Of a stretch of 64,000 bases of DNA, positions 38,387 to 46,645 are shown piece by piece. The stretch comes from a virus. Taxonomy: Duplodnaviria > Heunggongvirae > Uroviricota > Caudoviricetes > Straboviridae. The first letter of the stretch is position 1, and each line of letters starts with the position of its first letter. The translations under genes were made by a program, and so were the position numbers. The stretch spans positions 99,399 to 163,398 of IMG/VR virus record IMGVR_UViG_638277085_000001; one strand, given 5' to 3'. The notes beneath the pieces were generated by a model, which was not told the origin of the DNA, did not search any database, and saw nothing but the letters and a program-made list of their open reading frames with translations.

Positions 38387-38415
38387 TTGACACTTAGTTT
38401 CGTTCATGTAATACT
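38387..38415 (+). promoter_or_regulatory. sigma70 promoter
   Basis: A-tracts, TTGACA 38387, TAATACT near 38409. Confidence 0.6.
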
Positions 38416-38479
38416 TATCTCAACTTAACGAAACAAGTTAAACAAACAAGACAACATTTAATCAAAAAAGGAAATACAC

Positions 38480-38716
38480 ATGAAAAACTTCAAATCAATC
38501 GCAACTGCACTTCTTCTAACTATGACTTTCTCTGCTGGTGCTTTCGCACACGGCTCAGGCGGTACGCTAGGTGGTAACCTTGGCATCGAAATGTGCAAAA
38601 TCGGAGCAATCAACTGCGGCTTCCCTAAACAAGAAGTTAAAGTTGAAAAAGAAGCACCAAAAGCTGAAAAGGCTGAGGTGAAAGAAGTTAAGCTGGCAAC
38701 TGATCTGACAGCTTAA
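38480..38716 (+). CDS. small secreted/periplasmic protein
   Basis: Signal peptide ending AGAFA; CKIGAINC; Lys/Glu tail. Confidence 0.75.
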   Translation: MKNFKSIATALLLTMTFSAGAFAHGSGGTLGGNLGIEMCKIGAINCGFPKQEVKVEKEAPKAEKAEVKEVKLATDLTA

Positions 38717-38720
38717 TTGA

Positions 38721-38746
38721 AATGTGCAGATTCGTCTGCACATTTT
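38721..38746 (+). terminator. hairpin terminator
   Basis: AATGTGCAGA-TTCG-TCTGCACATT-TT. Confidence 0.75.
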
Positions 38747-38815
38747 GTTTAATAACGACTCATCGAGACATATACTAAAGTCTCACACAATCAAGCATAA
38801 AATGGGAGCCATACA

Positions 38816-40309
38816 ATGCTAAATCTTAATCAAAATATCGCAATCGCAACTGACAGCTACAAAGTTTCACACTGGTCTCAATTCCCTCGTGGTCTAGAGT
38901 ACAGCCAATATTACGTCGAAAGCCGGGGTGGTAAGTTCGACAAAATTATGGTCGATGGTATGGCATACATGTGTCGTATTCTCGAAAAAGGTGTTTCGAT
39001 GAACGATGTCAAGCGTGCGAAACGTCTGTTCAAAAAGCACTTCGGTTCTGAAGTCTTCAATGACAAGGGTTGGGACATCATCGTTAACGAACTGAAAGGC
39101 AAACTGCCTATTAAGATTCGTGCGGTCAAAGAAGGTACTGTAGTACCAGTTAAACACCCTATCTTGACGATTGAGAACACAGATCCGCGTTTTGGTTGGC
39201 TGCCTGGCTATCTTGAAACGTTCATCTTGCGTGCTCTTTGGTACCCGACAACTGTAGCAACGATCTCGTTCGAAGTGAAGAAAATCATTCGCCAATTCAT
39301 GAAGAAGACGGTTGATGATGAACGCATTGCAGAACAAGAGCCGTTCAAACTTCACGACTTTGGTTCTCGTGGTGTATCAAGTGGCGAATCTGCGGCTATC
39401 GGCGGCTCTGCTCACTTGAAAAACTTCTTGGGTACTGACACTGTAGAAGCACTTGTTGCAGTTGAAGAACTTTACGCTGAAGATGTTGAAGACTTCATTG
39501 CAGGATTCTCAATCCCTGCACGTGAACACTCAACAACTACAATCTACAAAGAAGCTGGTGAAGACCAAGCATTCTTGAACTCTATTGAGCAATGGGGTGC
39601 TGCATTATACGCTTGTGTAATGGACAGCTACGACTACGAAGCAGCAATGAATCGTGTCTCGACTGGTCGCTTCAAAGAGCTAATCATCAGCAAAGGCGGT
39701 ACGTTTGTTGCTCGTCCTGACTCTGGTGTGCCTGTAGATGTAGTAATGAAAGGTCTTGAGATTCTTGGTAAAAACGTTGGTTATACAATCAACAGCAAGG
39801 GTTACAAAGTATTGCACCCTAGCTACCGTATCATTCAAGGTGACGGCGTGAACATCGAAGAAATTCGTCGAATCTTGTCTTACATGGAAAGTAAAGGCTG
39901 GTCGGCAGAAAATATTGCATTCGGTATGGGTGGCGGGTTGCTTCAACAACTTGACCGTGATACTCAACGCTTTGCAATGAAAATGTCAGCGGCAATCATC
40001 AACGGCGAATACGTTAGCGTGTTCAAAATGCCGAAGACTGATCCGACAAAAGCATCAAAAGCAGGTTTCTTGGATTTGATTGCAGTTGATGCAGACAATC
40101 CGAACCCAGCGGCTCGTGGTTACGTGACGTTCTCTTCTGAAGATTACGACAATCGCGTACACCCGAAAAGCGTGATGCAGACAATCTTCGAAGACGGTGT
40201 AACAGTTGCCGACTTCTCACTAGAAGAAGCGCGTAAACTGTCTGACGTACAAGCTGATTTCCTGAACGAAGGTGAATGGAAAATCGCGAAAAAGATTCAA
40301 ACTGCGTAA
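38816..40309 (+). CDS. nadV: nicotinamide phosphoribosyltransferase
   Basis: TDSYKVSH, WYPTTVAT, LHDFGSRG, PAREHS, RPDSG, IQGDG, FGMGGGLLQ, RDT. Confidence 0.96.
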   Translation: MLNLNQNIAIATDSYKVSHWSQFPRGLEYSQYYVESRGGKFDKIMVDGMAYMCRILEKGVSMNDVKRAKRLFKKHFGSEVFNDKGWDIIVNELKGKLPIKIRAVKEGTVVPVKHPILTIENTDPRFGWLPGYLETFILRALWYPTTVATISFEVKKIIRQFMKKTVDDERIAEQEPFKLHDFGSRGVSSGESAAIGGSAHLKNFLGTDTVEALVAVEELYAEDVEDFIAGFSIPAREHSTTTIYKEAGEDQAFLNSIEQWGAALYACVMDSYDYEAAMNRVSTGRFKELIISKGGTFVARPDSGVPVDVVMKGLEILGKNVGYTINSKGYKVLHPSYRIIQGDGVNIEEIRRILSYMESKGWSAENIAFGMGGGLLQQLDRDTQRFAMKMSAAIINGEYVSVFKMPKTDPTKASKAGFLDLIAVDADNPNPAARGYVTFSSEDYDNRVHPKSVMQTIFEDGVTVADFSLEEARKLSDVQADFLNEGEWKIAKKIQTA

Positions 40310-40311
40310 AA

Positions 40312-40327
40312 TGTGACATTGATCACT
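40312..40327. promoter_or_regulatory. CRP-like site
   Basis: TGTGA-N6-TCACT with A/T flanks, centred near -62.5 of the next promoter. Confidence 0.4.
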
Positions 40328-40342
40328 AAAAATCGTAAATTT

Positions 40343-40391
40343 AGGGTTGCTTCGGCAGCCCTTTTTTCGTATTATAGCTACATCGAAACGA
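40343..40391 (+). promoter_or_regulatory. sigma70 promoter with -35 in a cUUCGg terminator hairpin
   Basis: AGGGTTGC-TTCG-GCAGCCCT-TTTTT; TTGCTT 40347, 17 nt, TATTAT 40370. Confidence 0.9.
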
Positions 40392-40416
40392 GATACGAAA
40401 ACAAAGAGAGAACATT

Positions 40417-40743
40417 ATGCAACTAACTACTAACATGACTAAAGCGCAAAAAACTAAAGTTGTTGAAGGTTTCAACTTCGAGCGTGAAACAGGTCAAGGT
40501 CAATATAAGTTCCGTAACGGTTCTTATGCTATGGAAGGATCAGATGTTGCACGTCGATTCAATCTAATCTCTACTATCGTGACTGGTAAGCCAGCGATTA
40601 TTCCTGAAGCGACAGTTGCTGATTTTGACCGCATTGTTCTTATGCAAGCAATGACTGATCAGTTCTTAACAATGAGTTCTGGTAAAGCTTCTCTTGAAGA
40701 ATCTAACGAATTTGGTAAAAAAGTGCTTGCACACTTCGCTTAA
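40417..40743 (+). CDS. hypothetical early protein
   Basis: Conserved leader. Confidence 0.75.
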   Translation: MQLTTNMTKAQKTKVVEGFNFERETGQGQYKFRNGSYAMEGSDVARRFNLISTIVTGKPAIIPEATVADFDRIVLMQAMTDQFLTMSSGKASLEESNEFGKKVLAHFA

Positions 40744-40765
40744 TTCAATTAGAATACTTACATCA
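40727..40765 (+). promoter_or_regulatory. sigma70 promoter overlapping the end of the upstream ORF
   Basis: TTGCAC 40727, 17 nt, TAGAAT 40750. Confidence 0.7.
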
Positions 40766-40784
40766 ACTGAGAAGAGAGAACATT

Positions 40785-41027
40785 ATGAAAGCAACTATCC
40801 CACAACTTAAAAAGAAAATCAATTCACTTGCTGACAAATACGGTTACGCTTTTGACAAAAACGCACCGTACTACGTAAATGACGGTCGCATCAAAGCAAT
40901 CGAAGCTGCAATCATTACTGTCAAAGAAGACGGTGAAGCGAATCCTACTCGTCGTTATGAGATCAGCGAAAAGCAGCTTGTGTCACTGAACAACTGGGTT
41001 CGTGATTTGAAACACAAATATCTGTGA
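40785..41027 (+). CDS. hypothetical early protein
   Basis: Conserved leader. Confidence 0.75.
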   Translation: MKATIPQLKKKINSLADKYGYAFDKNAPYYVNDGRIKAIEAAIITVKEDGEANPTRRYEISEKQLVSLNNWVRDLKHKYL

Positions 41028-41033
41028 GGTAGT

Positions 41034-41273
41034 ATGTACGCAATACAAGCAACTAGTCATTTCGTTCAATTCGTTCTAAAGAGCGTGAGCGTAAATGGCT
41101 TCCCGAAATACGTGCCAATGTATACGTTTAATTTGGGAATCATAACAACATTCGCAACTCTTGAAGAATGTCAAAAGTTCATCGACGAGTACGATCCCAA
41201 CCCCGACGCATGTCTGCCATGGCGTGCATATAAACTACACGATCTTGAAATCGCTCAACTGGAGACAAAATAA
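41034..41273 (+). CDS. hypothetical protein
   Basis: GAGGT RBS. Confidence 0.6.
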   Translation: MYAIQATSHFVQFVLKSVSVNGFPKYVPMYTFNLGIITTFATLEECQKFIDEYDPNPDACLPWRAYKLHDLEIAQLETK

Positions 41274-42541
41274 TGGGTTCATTTAACACTACTTGCGCAA
41301 TCACTCGTACACCAATTCAAGAAGGCGGTCTTGCGCGTGTCTTTTTCTTAGAAATGGACGCATTTGCAACAAACTATTACGGTCGTCAAGGTCTGTTTAA
41401 GAACATCATGATGGGATGTGGTTGCTACCCATGGGATAATTTCAAGATCATCGGTTACCCGCTGCTCGGCAAATATGCAGATTACAACAATTACGAGTTT
41501 GAAGATGCAGATATGGCTAATATGACGCTGGCTGCAATCAACAAACGATACGTACCAAATCGAGTAGCTGAAGGTAAGACGCTTGAAGATTACAATGAAT
41601 ATCATGATTACATGGAAATCGACGAGATTTCAGACATGAGTCAGCTTCAAGATATGGAACACAGTGGTTCGCTTCGAGTTAAAGGTGCGCATGGTAATGT
41701 AACTGCGGTTGTTAAAATGGCAATGCATGAAGAAGTGTACCAAATGATGCTTGAAGGTAACGTGACTGAGGGTTGGGGTGATGATGCGAAGACATATTCA
41801 TTTGCCGACGACTTGAAACGTCTCACAGATAAGTATAGTGGTTCAGTATCAGGTTTTGATGCATTAACCGAGCAACAACAGAAGCGAATGAATGACATGC
41901 GTGATGAGCTTTACGCTAAGGCTGACGCGGGCGAAATCAATGAACGCACTGGCGAACCATATACTCGTGAACATGCTGACAAGAGCTTCGAACAAATGGT
42001 TGAATGGCTTGCTGAAGACCGTATTGAGCTTGGCGGCGAACGCGCTGAATGGTTTGCACATCAATCTCATAGCCGAGATATGGCAAATCTTAAAGACAAT
42101 CAAGAACTACTTCACAAACTAGCTGAAGCAGTCGTAGGTGCAAAATGGTGTGCTCGATGGATGATGTGTAACAACTACGAATTTGCACCTGTGATGACAT
42201 GCGGTCAAGATTACGATACTGCTTCTCATGCGTCGCGTCTTCGTAAGCTTGCTGACATCATCGAATCGAAGAAAAACAAATATCACTACGAAGAGCACGT
42301 TGAACTTGATGTAGTTCGTTCTGAGCGCGTTGAACTGTCTCTAAGTAATCTGAAAGAGCGTTTTGCTGATTGGTACGATGAAGATGAACAAGAATATCAA
42401 GATCTACTGTCAGCGATTGAAAGTGTAAAAGAACAATCAAGCTTTGTTTACGGTGATGGTTCTATTTTCGATAAATTCATTGAAGAATACGACGTTCTAC
42501 GTGATGTTGAAGAAAATACACAAATTCATTTCAAAAAGTAG
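41273..42541 (+). CDS. hypothetical protein (MGSFNTTC family)
   Basis: 422 aa acidic ORF. Confidence 0.8.
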   Translation: MGSFNTTCAITRTPIQEGGLARVFFLEMDAFATNYYGRQGLFKNIMMGCGCYPWDNFKIIGYPLLGKYADYNNYEFEDADMANMTLAAINKRYVPNRVAEGKTLEDYNEYHDYMEIDEISDMSQLQDMEHSGSLRVKGAHGNVTAVVKMAMHEEVYQMMLEGNVTEGWGDDAKTYSFADDLKRLTDKYSGSVSGFDALTEQQQKRMNDMRDELYAKADAGEINERTGEPYTREHADKSFEQMVEWLAEDRIELGGERAEWFAHQSHSRDMANLKDNQELLHKLAEAVVGAKWCARWMMCNNYEFAPVMTCGQDYDTASHASRLRKLADIIESKKNKYHYEEHVELDVVRSERVELSLSNLKERFADWYDEDEQEYQDLLSAIESVKEQSSFVYGDGSIFDKFIEEYDVLRDVEENTQIHFKK

Positions 42542-42570
42542 TTGACAAGGTGCGTGAGTGGCTGTAATAT
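42542..42570 (+). promoter_or_regulatory. sigma70 promoter
   Basis: TTGACA 42542, 17 nt, TAATAT 42565. Confidence 0.8.
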
Positions 42571-42601
42571 GTCACTCAACGCCTAACGAGAGAACAATAT
42601 T

Positions 42602-42862
42602 ATGAAAGATGAAATTACGCTGCACATTAAGAATCATTGGTTGCACCGTCGCGCATATTTCGTACTTTACAATAAACCGATGAAATTCAGAAAGAAAGCA
42701 TTGGCTGAGTGGGAAGAAAAACGCAGTGAATTTTGGTACGTAGTTCAACGACTTAATCCTGAGTTTTTCGCGCAGTGTCCTGAAGGTATGCAACCGTATT
42801 TGTCTTGCGTACCAACCCCGCGCAATGGCGCACAATACTTCTACATCAAATTTGACAAATAA
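42602..42862 (+). CDS. hypothetical protein
   Basis: GAGAGAACAATATTATG leader. Confidence 0.7.
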   Translation: MKDEITLHIKNHWLHRRAYFVLYNKPMKFRKKALAEWEEKRSEFWYVVQRLNPEFFAQCPEGMQPYLSCVPTPRNGAQYFYIKFDK

Positions 42863-42873
42863 GAGAGAACATC

Positions 42874-43593
42874 ATGAAAAAATTAATCGCAATCGTAGCA
42901 CTAGCAGCATCAGTAGCAATGACTGGTTGTACTGACACCATCGACAATTCAGCAACTGATCAGCTAAAAGCAGCCATGCCAGTTCTTTCTCAAACTGAAA
43001 AAGATATGCTGAATGTATTCGCTGCTCCGAACTTCTTGAGCCGTTACGACAACATGTATGCAGAAGTGGTCAAAAATCGCGTACACTTCGGTCAGAAGCC
43101 GATTCCACGAGCAGATACAGAAGTGCCGTTCTGTGATGTAATCGACGCTGTAATCGCAGCAGAGCGCGAAAACAATCTAACAGAACGTGATTACTCACTG
43201 AGCAATCAATGGAAGATGAAATACGGCATCACACTTCTTGAGCAATGTAATCAATCAGACCGTGCTCGTATTGAAATGCAGATCGCTAAAGCAAAAGCCG
43301 ATGCTGAAGCAGCTAAAGATCGAGTAATCATCGAAGAACAAGAATTCAGCAAGAAAGAAATCAAAGCTGAGAAAATCATCGAAGACACCGTTGTAATCAA
43401 AGATGATGTGCTACTATCACCTGAACTTGTTCGTGAACTACGTGGCTCAGTTAAAGACTGTAATCGCGCTAAAGTCAAGCTAATGAGTGTAGTTGATGCC
43501 GGTGAGCAGCTAACTACAAAGCACTACGACGAAGTTAAAGGTCTAGTTCTACAGTGTGAAATGTTGAAACTAGAAGTCGAACTCAACAAATAA
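42874..43593 (+). CDS. lipoprotein, paralogue of 30335-31030
   Basis: Lipobox MTGC; EVPFCDVI, NQW..KYGI, CNRAK, KLEVELNK. Confidence 0.8.
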   Translation: MKKLIAIVALAASVAMTGCTDTIDNSATDQLKAAMPVLSQTEKDMLNVFAAPNFLSRYDNMYAEVVKNRVHFGQKPIPRADTEVPFCDVIDAVIAAERENNLTERDYSLSNQWKMKYGITLLEQCNQSDRARIEMQIAKAKADAEAAKDRVIIEEQEFSKKEIKAEKIIEDTVVIKDDVLLSPELVRELRGSVKDCNRAKVKLMSVVDAGEQLTTKHYDEVKGLVLQCEMLKLEVELNK

Positions 43594-43610
43594 CATGACT
43601 TGAATCACAT

Positions 43611-43636
43611 AAAAGCCCCTTAATTGGGGCTTTTTT
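43611..43636 (+). terminator. intrinsic terminator, repeated copy 3
   Basis: AAAAGCCCCTTAATTGGGGCTTTTTT. Confidence 0.9.
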
Positions 43637-43647
43637 CGTTTTAGCGG

Positions 43648-43691
43648 TTGTATGATGAATGGCAATTGCCTAATATAGCTACATCGAAACG
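43648..43691 (+). promoter_or_regulatory. sigma70 early promoter
   Basis: TTGTAT 43648, 17 nt, TAATAT 43671, AGCTACATCGAAACGA. Confidence 0.8.
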
Positions 43692-43711
43692 ACGAACACA
43701 AAGAGAACATT

Positions 43712-44020
43712 ATGATTATCACAGACTTCCACGCATTTGCACGCAGCGACATCGACTATAACGATAACGAGTACTTTTACATCGTAGCTGAACTACCATG
43801 CGGTTTTCGATTCGCACTTCAGGGAACTAATTTCGGTGATGATGGTGACCGAGCAGAACGTTTCGCAGATAAGATTAATAAAGCGGGGCGTATTGACACA
43901 AATAATTGGTCAGAGATTGACCCTTGCTATGGGTCTGAAGCTCATCAACGAATCGGTGATTTTCATCTAATGAGCGAAGATGAACTCGAACACGGTAGAA
44001 AAATGGGTTATTGGTTATAA
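43712..44020 (+). CDS. hypothetical early protein
   Basis: Conserved leader. Confidence 0.75.
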   Translation: MIITDFHAFARSDIDYNDNEYFYIVAELPCGFRFALQGTNFGDDGDRAERFADKINKAGRIDTNNWSEIDPCYGSEAHQRIGDFHLMSEDELEHGRKMGYWL

Positions 44021-44045
44021 AAAAGGGAGCACTAAGCTCCCTTTC
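44021..44045. terminator. bidirectional terminator
   Basis: AAAAAGGGAGC-ACTAA-GCTCCCTTT between convergent genes. Confidence 0.85.
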
Positions 44046-45098
44046 TCATTTCACCATTTTGATTTGAATCTGATTGTCCATGTAAGCCATTTTCTTTTCA
44101 AATTCAACATCATATTCTGGTCGATGTTCGTATTCGACTGAAAGCATTTGCTTCAGACAACGGTACAATTCCGACTTGTAATACCCTTCTTTCATTCCCT
44201 TCATCTGTTCATATTGCTTTTTCATAGCAGCTTTGATTATCTTCGGGTCCATGAATTTGATTGACATTTCTCGCGGTGCTTTTACTGTGCCAAAGTCAAC
44301 AAACACCTGAGCCTTTTCAGCTACTTGAATGAAGTCATAAATCGTGTCATAACTCATTCGACTTAGCGTGTGGTGCATACAAACATGTTTGCTATGTTCT
44401 TTTAGCAACGGTACATTTGCAAGCATCAAGTCGTGGTCGATGTTCTGACGAATGTATTCGTTGCGCTCTTTTCCGCCGTCACATGAAATTGTAAACACTA
44501 GACGATGTTTGTACTTTTTACATATGGCTAGAATCTTCTTCGCAAGTGGCGTATGCAACACAGTACCATTTGTCAGAATGTAAACTTCCGCATTTGTTTC
44601 TTCCATGACTTCAGTCAGAACTTCGACTGTTCTCTTGTCCATGAACGGTTCGCCGCCGTATAGCACAACAGTTTCAACACCCTTCGGGATACTGAAATCG
44701 AGTTGTGTGTAATCGTAATGGTCGTCAATGTCATACAAGTCCATGTATGTTTTGCTATTCTTGCCATAGCACATTCGACACGCTAGGTTACATTTGTTTG
44801 ACATCAATATTTGAATTGTTCTAGGATGCTCTTCGAGTGCTTCATATTCGAAGTACTTCTGATCAGACAATTCGCCATAACTCATACATTCTTTGCAGTA
44901 TTCTGGTAAAGTGTCATACTCAAACATTTTGGCACGATGTTCATTGATGATGTCACTGTGCCACCAGTCTTCAACGTTCGGGAATGGTTCACTTAGCTGA
45001 GAACAGCAAATGTGATACCCATCAGGTTTTGCGTCACGTGTATTAAAGGGAGAGCCACAAAGTGGTCTCTTCCCGTCTTTAAATCCGAATTTATCCAT
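44046..45098 (-). CDS. radical SAM enzyme with N-terminal twitch-like Cys cluster
   Basis: CNLACRMC, YGGEPF, LTNGT, SCDG; N-terminal CGSPF...CC...CKEC. Confidence 0.9.
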   Translation of the reverse strand: MDKFGFKDGKRPLCGSPFNTRDAKPDGYHICCSQLSEPFPNVEDWWHSDIINEHRAKMFEYDTLPEYCKECMSYGELSDQKYFEYEALEEHPRTIQILMSNKCNLACRMCYGKNSKTYMDLYDIDDHYDYTQLDFSIPKGVETVVLYGGEPFMDKRTVEVLTEVMEETNAEVYILTNGTVLHTPLAKKILAICKKYKHRLVFTISCDGGKERNEYIRQNIDHDLMLANVPLLKEHSKHVCMHHTLSRMSYDTIYDFIQVAEKAQVFVDFGTVKAPREMSIKFMDPKIIKAAMKKQYEQMKGMKEGYYKSELYRCLKQMLSVEYEHRPEYDVEFEKKMAYMDNQIQIKMVK

Positions 45099-45370
45099 TA
45101 ATCTAGCTCATCAAGAAGTGATTGAAATTCCTCGTCGCGTTCAGCGTCGATTGTACCAGTCATCAACTCTGTTAGAGTCTTCAACGACTTGATCTCTGGT
45201 GGTTGAGGGCGTAGATCTTCGAGAATGTGAATGATTGACTCGGCTGGGAGATCGTGATTTACGATCTCATCTGGCAGGTGGTGTTTGTAAACGCAGTCGT
45301 CGCCCCAATCAATAACTACTGCATGTTCCCATTTGTCGATTTCTAGTATTTTAAAATTTGGTTTCATCAT
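45098..45370 (-). CDS. small acidic hypothetical protein
   Basis: Coupled to both neighbours; MKPNFKILEID start. Confidence 0.6.
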   Translation of the reverse strand: MMKPNFKILEIDKWEHAVVIDWGDDCVYKHHLPDEIVNHDLPAESIIHILEDLRPQPPEIKSLKTLTELMTGTIDAERDEEFQSLLDELD

Positions 45371-46368
45371 AAGCCCCAGAGTTCTTTCCAATGTGTTTTA
45401 GCATCTTGTCGATACTTCTCAATGTCAAATTTTTGATATTTCTGTTCGATTGCATCATCAATGACGCGAATCAACGTATCATTGTTTATATCAGCACGAA
45501 TCACTGGGAAAATAAAATCCCTTGTGTAAGGTGCGTCATGCTGAACAATACAAGGTATGTACTGACATGCTTCTAATAACGCATATGGCATAATCTCGAT
45601 TCTAGACATATGAAGCAAAACTTTACTTTTCATCATATGTGCCATGACTCGCTCACGCCGCTGACAAGTTTCGACTATACAATCAACACCATTCGGGATT
45701 CTTATTGATTCGGTTGTGAATAGACGAATTTTAAGACCGCTGTATGCAAGCGCGTTTAGCATTTCGGGTATCTGCTTACGTTTGTATGCACCTGACACGA
45801 TAATCACGTCAGACTCTTCAGCAGCGTCAATATCAGCTTGTGATATGGACGGAAGCTCAAAAGGTTCAAATGCAGTCACATGTTTGCCACCGATTACTTC
45901 TCGACCCCATTGTGCAATCCCGTTCGATTGAGCAATGTTAGTGACTAATGACGTTGACATCATGTGTCGCCATTGAGGTAAGTTGTAAATTTGATGAATG
46001 TCCATGTATTCGCGATATGAATCTGGTACTATCAAGTCACCGAAATGATGTTGGTTGTAACAACGGCGCTTCGCTTCGATACATGCGCGGAGTGCTTCAT
46101 ATGAATGCGTATAGATAATCGCTTCGCTATCAATCGCGTTGATAACCATTGCGTTTGCCTTGTAGTCTTTATAAGACCGTTTCGTTAAAATGAAGTCACA
46201 CCCGAAATCCCATTTACTCACGTGCGGACACGATTCGTCTCCGAGTACAATAACTTTGACATCACAGTTTAGTGATTGCATTAAACGAACGTGATCTTGA
46301 ATGAATGTGTAAATACCGCCGCCAATTCCCAACATAAAGTCAGTTACTACGTAGCGAACTTTTTTCAT
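45367..46368 (-). CDS. GT4-like (GT-B retaining) glycosyltransferase
   Basis: N-terminal GGG and SKVLLHMSRIEIMPYALLEAC...PCIV (E-x7-E motif). Confidence 0.75.
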   Translation of the reverse strand: MKKVRYVVTDFMLGIGGGIYTFIQDHVRLMQSLNCDVKVIVLGDESCPHVSKWDFGCDFILTKRSYKDYKANAMVINAIDSEAIIYTHSYEALRACIEAKRRCYNQHHFGDLIVPDSYREYMDIHQIYNLPQWRHMMSTSLVTNIAQSNGIAQWGREVIGGKHVTAFEPFELPSISQADIDAAEESDVIIVSGAYKRKQIPEMLNALAYSGLKIRLFTTESIRIPNGVDCIVETCQRRERVMAHMMKSKVLLHMSRIEIMPYALLEACQYIPCIVQHDAPYTRDFIFPVIRADINNDTLIRVIDDAIEQKYQKFDIEKYRQDAKTHWKELWGL

Positions 46369-46376
46369 AAAAAGTG

Positions 46377-46405
46377 TTGACTCCTACTGTGTTTGTCTGT
46401 AGACT
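46377..46405 (+). promoter_or_regulatory. sigma70 promoter
   Basis: TTGACT 46377, 17 nt, TAGACT 46400. Confidence 0.65.
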
Positions 46406-46437
46406 AATTGTATCTCAAGCAGAATGGGAATTAAACA

Positions 46438-46644
46438 ATGCGACTATTATCTCAAGACTTAGTTCGCTTGCGTGTAGAAGAGCTACCGTTCGTGAATTTA
46501 AGTGTTGAAACGCAGATCAAAATATGCGATTATCTCAACACTCTAGATGATGAGACTATTTACTCGCTTGAGAAGCATACTGAGACACCGCAAGGTGCAA
46601 GAAAACTATTAAACTTTCTATTAAAGAAGATTGGAGACACATAA
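46438..46644 (+). CDS. hypothetical protein
   Basis: 68 aa after the promoter. Confidence 0.6.
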   Translation: MRLLSQDLVRLRVEELPFVNLSVETQIKICDYLNTLDDETIYSLEKHTETPQGARKLLNFLLKKIGDT

Positions 46645-46645
46645 T

